NCBI GenBank assembly: GCA_024137785.1
Contig: JAHRHZ010000274.1
Coordinates: forward strand, 20,820,086-20,884,085
Source of the DNA: Ginglymostoma cirratum
Taxonomy: Eukaryota
DNA: 64,000 nucleotides
Reading direction: 5' to 3'
A program made the position numbers and the translations under genes. Numbering within the stretch: the first letter of the stretch is position 1; the number at the start of each line of letters is the position of its first letter. The notes beneath the pieces are model-generated. The model worked only from the letters and a program-made list of their open reading frames with translations. It did no database searches and was not told the origin of the DNA. Of this stretch, positions 55,116 through 64,000 are shown piece after piece.

Positions 55116-57434
55116 AAATACTTCCGTTAGATCACTGCTTAACCATACACAGTACACGGCAAATTTTGGAGCAAGTCTGCCTCAGTAGCTTCCCCGGATC
55201 ATACAACAACACAATCCATTTCATTGTAAAATAAGTTATTGATAAAACATTAAGACACAAATGTCACACTTAAAAATGCAAGGACTGCCAAATGTAACAG
55301 ATAAGAATCGATGAGACGGAAATCGCGAGGAGCATCTGTGTAATCATGTGAAGTCCACAAAATTGAGAATAATAGAAAATAAATTCCTCTGCTTAGTGTC
55401 ATCGATTGACAGAACATTGCAATCCTTTATATACATTTCAGGAAACGTACCCAGGTTACAATGAATCTGAAGCTGAGTTTACGCATCAAAAGCGGCATTT
55501 TTTGTGGAACAGATGGCAGCTTGTTCCAGGCAAAGTTAAACCGATTGAAAAAATGCTGCTGCACCTGTTCCTAGCAAAGGTGGTATCTATATTGTAACTC
55601 CTCGAATACTGGACTATCATCAGCCACTGACGACCTTTAAATGATAGTAATTATCATTGACATACAGGGATAAACTGTTCTGTTACTGCTGTAACGCTCA
55701 CACCTGGTTGGTGAGATAAGCATTAACTCGGCCTTTAATTTTAAATTAAAAATGCAAATCTATTCTGGATTTGTACTTTTCAACAGAAAAAATCTGGCGA
55801 AAGTCAGATCCTTGCACTGCATTCTGTGTAGAACAGGCAAGAAATAAGGATTGAGATTAGTGGTCCCATCACAACTGGATCTTCTAACTGGTTCCAGTGT
55901 CTTTTAGTTAGGGAAATGCCCATTTCACTTCTCGGCTTTCTTACATTTATAAATGACACCCGATTAGTACTTTGATTTTGTTTTCTCACTCAGGCGATGT
56001 TTATTTATCATTCAATGCGCTAAGTATCAACTAATTTATTATTGCAGTGAATAGAATTGAACTAACGTAACGAAATTTTGAAACCCCAAAGCAATCCTTA
56101 ATTTCAACTTGCTGTTTTGGGGTAAATTGTATGATTCACTTTCCATGTGCGATACACAAAATCAAAACTCATGATTTCGAGGACAGTAAAACAAAACAGA
56201 ATCCCCACTTTCTCACTGAGAATAAAGTAACACTTAAAACTTGAGCAACAACTAACTAAGGGGGAAGTACAGCATCAAACAAAAATTACACTGCACCCGC
56301 AAAAAATGAGTACAAAGACGGAGGGGAATTACAACGAATTGATTTTCTGCATCCCTTGTCTATAGAACTGGGCTTTCCCCTGACACTACGTTATAAACAG
56401 TAAAGATAAAAAAGTTGTGAGATCTTTTGTAAGACTTTAATTTAAAAGACAAAAAAAACCCGGGTGACTTGGTAACTGCAAATACACCTGTGGGTTTCAC
56501 CGCACACACCTGGCCTTTACCAAGCGGATAATAAGCACCAAACATTTCCTCCGCCTTGGGGTTGATTTTCTTGCATCTTGTCCGCCATCAGTCTGTGCGT
56601 TGCAAAGCAGTTATTCCAGATTCCGGTCAAATATTAATGTCGTTATTGCTGCCATTTTTTTTCAAAAAAATATATACCTGCAGATATCTTTTACCGCAGT
56701 ATGCAGTACAAGTGGCGATTCTGTGCAACTGGATAAATAATCGCGTCTTGTTTCACAAACCCATCAACGTTGTGGTGACGCGCTTCAGTATGTGAATTTG
56801 AAATTTAAAAAAGTTGTGGGAATGTTTACATTTCATTTCTTCTTATGTTCACGCTTATGACATGAACTCGAAGAATAATTGGGACTATACATTTGTAATC
56901 TATCATCCTGGTAGGGATCCGAAAATCACAGGATGCTTCATACTGGGCACCTGTCATTTTTACCAGGTCGAAGATTCTAATTATTCAACCACATTGTTTC
57001 TGAATGAGAATGGCTTCAGTTCAGTTCATTTAGCGCATCTCGCATCCAGAGGAACCCAAAACATTGGAAACAATGTATATGATGCCTTTTTTTGCGATAT
57101 TTCTTCGATGATTTATGCAGGTTGAGATTCAGCTGGACTTTTCTACATTACATAATAAATCAGTGGAGTTCTTAAAAGCGGAGTAACTGATATTCAAAAC
57201 TATGCAAATAACACAATCGTTGCTTGCCACTATTATAATAAAAACATTCTGCTAGATCATAACGTTTCAAATACTTCGGTCAGATCACTGCTTAACCATA
57301 CACAGTACACAGCAAACTTTGGAGCAAGTCTGCCTCACTAGCTTCCCCGGATCATACAACAACACACTTCATTTCATTGTAAAATAAATTATTGATAAAA
57401 CATTAAGACACAAATGTCACACGTAAAAATGCAA
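55116..57434 (+). repeat. 166-bp direct duplication: 55116-55281 and 57269-57434
   Basis: agatcactgcttaaccatacacagtacac...cttccccggatcatacaacaacac...cattaagacacaaatgtcacac occurs twice, 2153 bp apart, with few mismatches. Confidence 0.95.
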
Positions 57435-58999
57435 CAGAAGGAGAGACTCAGGTGAATAAAAAGACATTGAGATTTGGGGTCAGCAAAATGCCTGGACTGC
57501 ATGCTGTCGTAAAGACTCATGAAGGGGTCGAATATTGGAGTTCAAAGAGAAAACTTAAGATAAACTTCGAAGTTCCGCAATGCCACATGATTTATGAGTT
57601 TGTCAAAGTGCGCACATTTGCGATTGTTTAACTCAGAACTATTTTAACAAATATTTGTAACTACCATTTTCTTCTAAAAAAACAGTGGCGGTGTGTTTGT
57701 GGGGGAACGGAGGGGTGCAGAGCGGCCCAGGTTTCCAGACAATGATTATACTACATGACTCCCTGGGGAGAAGCCAACATTGGGAAGCGGTAACGGGCAG
57801 AGGGAGGGACGAGTAAGTTTTGACAGTGTGCAGAATCCGGAAACACAATCCAAGTACTGTAAGTGCTACCAAATATTTCCAGTAAAACCTCAATAAATAT
57901 TTAAACAGCGCAACTCAAAAAATTAACTGAGGCTCGCTGCTTGGTTAGCATTCGCGAATGGAATGCACTTTATTAAAGTTTGTATTCTCCATCTCATTTT
58001 AGAACAATAGTCGATAAAGATTCTTTAACACGTCGCACCAAAGCTGCTGGTTATGAATATTTAATAAAACTATGGTCGCTGTATGAACACGATTACACTT
58101 TACATTATTGATAACTGTAAATTAGGGAACAGGAGTCAGAAAATGGAGTTTCGCGAATAGGTGAGAGCTAAAGAGCTGCGCAGATTTGAGGCTTCATTTC
58201 CCATGCAACTTTGAGGAAAGATCCAGATTTCTGCACATTTTAATTTTTCAAACAAGCAAACAATGCACTCTTCTATCGAAGATTAATGGGGAAAAACATG
58301 TCTTTTATATCGAACTGTAGAAATGTTCATTGATAATCAATAGATTTTTTTGGAATCTTAAGAAAATCGGGCAAAGACGAAGAGCGGAGGTTAAATGTCA
58401 GCCATGATCTCACTGAAAGGCACTGGGTTTGAGGGGCGCTATGATTTGCTCCGAGTTCCTGTTTTTACAACTACAGAGAGTAAAAACAAAATTCTGACCG
58501 TGAAATGGACCTCCGTGATTTTGCACTGTTCAGCATCAGTGCATTCATTTGAGCACAACACAGACACCAGTCCTTTCATTTGTGTGGCATCAGGTACACG
58601 ATTGACCAGCACCTGCTGTGTGTTAGTCACCATTGATGAGAGAGAGGGAAGTCTTATAGGGGAAACCTATACAGTAGCAGGCAGTGTTGTTGCGCACTGC
58701 CATGTGCAATGCAATATTATCAATATCACTTCAGTTCTAATCATGGGTATCATTGCAAAAATACCACCGTCTGCGCAATCCTGAATGATGGTGCAGTTTA
58801 AGAAATTTTCACGCAATGGGAACAAAGTTAGTACAACGCAGCAGTTACTGAATTTTAATCCAAACTCAATCTACACAAAAGACCCTAAAATCTCTAATGG
58901 GTGATAATAACACTTACTCTTAAATGGCTGTCTCACTGATAACCACTGCAAAACATCCCCTTCCAGAATTATAGCAAAATAGTGTGGATTCTTGAATTT

Positions 59000-59195
59000 G
59001 AAATAAAAACGGAATGCTGGAGACACTCAGTGGGTCTGGCAGCGTCTGTGGAGAGAGAGAGAGAGGGAGCTAAAGTTTTGGGTCGAGAATGACTTCTTCG
59101 ATTTCCGAGGAGGTCAGATTGGACTCAGTGTTGACTCTGTTTTTCCCTCCATAGATGCTGCTGCACCTGCTAAGTTTCTTCCAGGATTTTGTTTC
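59000..59195. mobile_element. Old Penelope pLTR inverted pair
   Basis: aaaacggaatgctggagacactcagtgggtctggcagcgtctgtggagaga against ttccctccatagatgctgctgcacctgctaagtttcttccaggattttgttt. Confidence 0.6.
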
Positions 59196-59314
59196 CTTCT
59201 CGATGTTTGTACAGCATTGAGAGACATTGACTGTTTAATCCACTTTTGACAACTGCGTTAAATGTCACCTTAAAACTGTAAATAGGACCCTCCACTTGTT
59301 CAGCACTTTATCAC

Positions 59315-59415
59315 AAACACAGGCAAACGGGACTGGTTTATGTTTGGGAAACCTAGTTGGCGTGGACGTGTTGGACCAAATATGTCTGTTTCCATTTTGT
59401 AAGGCTCTATGACAT
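59315..59415 (+). mobile_element. CR1/HER1-type LINE 3' tail
   Basis: gtggacgtgttggaccaaatatgtctgtttcc...ctctatgac resembles the tail shared with the HE1-type SINEs. Confidence 0.55.
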
Positions 59416-62400
59416 CTATACTGGGCTGGTACGACTCCATGTGGTGAAAAGGTGTTGCCAATGACTAAAAGTTGAGTTTGCGGAAGAATCGCCACCTAAA
59501 TAAGAAGAAAGTACTAAAGGGAATGGAAGCAAACACACTTTCTGACATAAAAAGGTCGGGGGGTGGCGGGGTTGGCAATCACTTTAAGTCTTACTTTCCA
59601 ATGTCTGATCATTATTCCTGCTGACACGGATGCCGAGGGATACAATGGTACCGACTTAATAACTCCCACCGTGAAATGAAACAAGTTCAAAAGGAATTGT
59701 TGCATTATCATCTCACGGCGAATTACCATAGTGAACGCCCTAAGAAACAATTCAAAGTAAATTTGATACCGTTTCTGACTGAAATTCAACTAGAATGAGT
59801 AGCTGGCATCCGCAGGTGACAGATGAAGAGAGAAGTTCAGATTCAAAGAGCTCTTACAACTGGCACTAGTTGAACAGTTCTCACTCCAAATTAATCTTTT
59901 AATTTGAAATGTATTCTACGTGTCTGTCTCTCCTATAATTCCAGCTGACAATGAATTTACGTCAAGCCAATATGATTCAAGTGCATAATTAATAAAATGC
60001 ATTAAGAGCTGTCTCATCCCTTCCTTTCATATTACAGTCGTGTAAGGAAGTACTGTAGCATTCGTGAGGCACAGCACGGACCATTGTATAGATTGATATC
60101 TCCACAGCCTGGGCAAATTTTATCTTGTATTGAAGACCTATCCAACATCAGAATCGCTACCCGGCCATTTTGAAGCTGTATCAACTGCAAGTATGCATGG
60201 GGACAACTTGAGATAGCCATCTACCTAATAGGAAACCCAACGTGGCACCAGGTAACTTTAATTTTCCTGTCTTCAACCACTTCCTTTCAGAACCAAGACA
60301 TATTAATGATAAATCTTAGCAGCAACACATGATGCCATAGCTGAGACTGAGAGCGCACATCATGTAATTTCATTGCAAAATCTGCTGGCTTTCTGATATA
60401 TTCTATTATTCAAAATTATTTTACAATATCACCAAAAAATTACACTGAAGACAGTTATATTTTTTTCCTATCTAGAGAGTAGCTGCAAACCTATGATCTG
60501 AACACTGCTCTGCAGAAGTTTTTGTACTACATTGAAATAACATGCTTACATCCCAGAGGGCTGGCAATGAATTACAAGCCATTGGCTTTGAACACACCAT
60601 TCAAGTTTGATTGCAGACTGTGTAGTTCTGTACCCTCACCAGCATCTCCATGGATTTTACAAATAATATTTATGAAGAATTTAATAAATCCTTGGAGAAA
60701 CCTCGTATTTTGTCCCCCTTCTTTTGTTAATACAGGCAAAAGCCTGAACAAGTAGAACACATAAGTGGATTGATGAATACATATTGTATTTTTTTCTGAT
60801 GTAAAATATACAGTTTATATAAAAGAAGTCTAATTATTGACAGCTTGGCAATGCACATCCATGTATTAACAAATGATGAGGTAAAGTTAGTGACTGTGAG
60901 TCAATTTCCACAATTAATCTCCCTTTCTCCTGATAAGTCCCTGATACATTTATCATACCAATGGATGTTAACTCTGGCTTACTTGTGGACATATTAAATT
61001 TTTAATTACAATTTGTGCTTTTTTTTAAAGAGAACATGCAGCCAAAAGATGTCTATGGACCTAAATTCAATAGTTATCTGGCAAAGTCATGAATGAACCC
61101 ATGGAAAGTCACACCTGTAAAATGTCAGGTAAGTTTCAAACGGCGAGAATTAAAACGAGGGGGTAATGAAGGGCAGTTTATCCCTGTCAGCAGAAATCCA
61201 TCTACTGGATATTATGTCCCAAACATGATTTTTTTTAATCCTTCCAGGAATATACAAAACAAGAAGGTCTTAAATCAAACTACAGATTCTAATCTGCACA
61301 TGTTTGTGGGCTAATATGCTAGTATGGACTAGTGTACCATGGAGGTCACAGGTTAAGGAAAGCCATACAGGCCTACACTGCATGGAAAGGAAAGACAATC
61401 TTATCACTCTGAGAAGGAAACAGGACAAAAGCCTGAGGCTACCTGCAGAGGGAAGAACCTTGAAATCAACTGCTTCACTATCAATGTCTGCATTACTGGT
61501 ATTATTCAAATTAACAGTCACAACATTCCACCATCTGCTCTTCATGAAACCCAAAGAGTGGTTCAGACACATTTTTAACAGTTGTTGCTTTACGCAATTC
61601 AAATTTCCAACTTGTGTGTATCAATTTTATTATCTTTTCTTACCTTTGATAGCTAATAAATGTGCCTTTGCTTCAACTTAAGAAAGCCAAGTTAATTAGT
61701 TTCCTTTTAAAACATAGACACATTCAGATTATGAAAATATATTCATGAGGGAAGGGATCCTTTTCTAAATTAAACTTGTGGTGACCAACCAATGGCAAGG
61801 TTGAATTAAGAACAGAAATTGTAATAAATTGGGGACCCTCACTCAGGCATTGATCATAGTCAATTAGCTCATTTTGAAGTTATTAGCCATAGACAAAACA
61901 AACAAATTAAAGTGGGAAAAGTGAATTGTTCCTTCGTAACCAATTTGTAAAAACTGTAATTAGGCTTTCTTAAGGTTTTACTACTAATAAATAGAAATGT
62001 CTGCATTTTCTGCCAATGCTTTTCTATGAAAAAGGAAAGTATTTAAAATTCTGTCCTTTGAACAGTTAAAAGAGTGAGGAAGGTACTCAGGATTAGAATT
62101 CTGCCTGAAAACCAGAAAACCCAAAATTTTAAAAGAGTTGGCCAATGGATTAAAATTGAGGACAATGAAATGTAACACTGGGGTGGTGGAAGTTAGAATT
62201 TCTACCAAAGGAAAGAGAAAGGCAGAGGAAAGTGACAGGAGAACAGGAAAGAGAGAAAGAAGAAAGAGCATGGACAAGAGAGAGAGTTTCAGGACAGGAA
62301 GTTTAAAATAAAAGCGGTCATCCTGAGGGCAGGACTCCTATTGTGTCCCTCGAGGAAATCACTGATTCTGGTTTATAGGCATAGGAAGCTTGGTTTGCTC

Positions 62401-63819
62401 ATTTAATCCCTGGGTTTGATGACATAGAGGTAGAAGCCTTCTTTATCACTTTTGAGCAGTTAGTATGGCAGTTAAAGTGGCCATTCCAATGTTACTATAA
62501 AAATTCAAGGAAATCTGACAAGCTTTGCTCCCACTTGGCTGAAGACAGTGCCGTTCACTGTGAGGCACCATAAAAGGCAATTTTAAGTCTGTACTAATTA
62601 GTGCTGGTGGTGTACAATTAGGCGTACAATTTTCAGGCAACAGTCTGACCAGATTGCCTGGAATTTGGAGGTCTTAAGCAGCTTGCTTTTGACCACTATG
62701 TATTGTTGATTAAAATGGAAGCCACTAACAAAGATCTCTGTGAAATAATTCTCCTTGAAGCATTTAAAAATTTCATGTGCTTCCCAATAAGAACACACCT
62801 AGAGGAACAGAGGAGAACAGAGAGTAGGCAGTCACACAATGAGTTAATTGTACAGGAAAAGACCTGTCCTTAGTTGTTTCCAACCAACAGGAAAGCATAG
62901 ACATAGAGAGTGTGATTAGAAATTCAGCGCCCACGGGGAGAAGAAATGCTGGCATACATTCTCAGAACAGAAAGATGGTGCTGAATTGAAAAGTGAGGCA
63001 AGAAACCTATGTTTTTTAACTGCTAAAAAGTAGGACATTTCCAGTGGGATATATCAGAGCCCATATATGCTGTGCAGAGAATGGGATTTATTCAGAGACT
63101 ACAGACCAGGCTACGACTCTAATATGTGGATACAAATGCCCTGCAAAAGTATTCCTTTGAGTACAGATGAAGAAAATCCCAGAGAGTTACAGCTATTAGT
63201 ATCTAGAGGAAGAGTGGCCACATTCCCCAGGGTGAAACAAGCAAGCCTGTAGTAATACTGAGGGATGTGAGGGCCAGTCAAAGTCTACTGCTGTGAAAAG
63301 GCATGACACTCCTATCAAATAATGCAGTGAAAGTGCTCATTATCAGTGTTCTTTTGGAATCCAGGTTGATGTCTGTCAGGTTAGATGATTCTTCAGATGA
63401 CTTTGGAACTCAATTTTTACACAGTGAGGTTGTGGGGGGTAAGGGGCAGTGGTGGGGGTTGCATATTGTTGCATGGGGAAATGGAATTCACAACCCCAGC
63501 TTGGTTTCCTTTTTCTTCTCTCGCCATCATTCTGCCTCACAGCTGAGTCACTGAGCCTCAAGAGGGCATGTTCGTTGAAGGATCAAGAGGTGCCATGTCG
63601 AGTGGATGGCAACTTCCTCCCGCCAGTTAGTGGTGTCAAAGCCTTTGTGTTTTAGGTAAACTTATACCTTTTCCTTTGGCTGTCCTTTGACCTTTGAGAG
63701 AAGTGAACTGCCAAGGGGGCTGATGTTCAGGCATCCAGATACAATAGATTGTCCAGCAAAGTAGATTCTTTAGGAGTAGGGCTTCAACGTTGATGGACAA
63801 AGCTTCATTGTTCTTGTTT

Positions 63820-63960
63820 AGCAAAGGGGTGGAACGTTATCAGGGGTAGATGGGAATGTAGATTTGAGGTTACAATCACATCAGCCATGATCTTATTGAA
63901 TGGTGGAAAAGGTTTGAGGGGCTGGATGGGCTCATCCTACTTCATGTTCCTATCCTTGTA
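63820..63960 (+). mobile_element. CR1 3' tail
   Basis: tcacatcagccatgatcttattgaatggtgga...gaggggctggatgggc, the same tail as at 19620 and 27400. Confidence 0.7.
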
Positions 63961-64000
63961 TGTCCATGGACAATAGCTGTTTAGTCTGGAAGATCCTCCC

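Overview
Vertebrate genomic DNA, almost certainly a shark or other elasmobranch (HE1/V-SINE-type tRNA SINEs, CR1/L2 LINE relics, shark-type Penelope pseudo-LTRs), with one 400-N scaffold gap. The window holds the 5' part of a Nuclear Factor I gene on the minus strand, most likely NFIC. Coding exon 1 (MMYSPLCLTQ, 50947-50976) sits in a CpG-rich promoter and is followed by a 35.5-kb intron 1 and the 532-bp DNA-binding-domain exon 2 (14949-15480). Bases 1-14948 appear to be intron 2. Almost all other ORFs in the track are noise. Main observations: (1) hammerhead-ribozyme-bearing Penelope pseudo-LTRs that appear to have captured host DNA: a 3.8-kb pLTR-cargo-pLTR unit bounded by a 14-bp target-site duplication, and a second insertion carrying a 70-bp copy of nearby sequence; (2) two candidate alternative in-frame first exons; (3) chained uORFs overlapping the NFI start codon; (4) a 370-bp-arm inverted duplication near exon 2 and a 166-bp direct duplication upstream of the promoter. 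All calls were made by eye; repeat boundaries are approximate.
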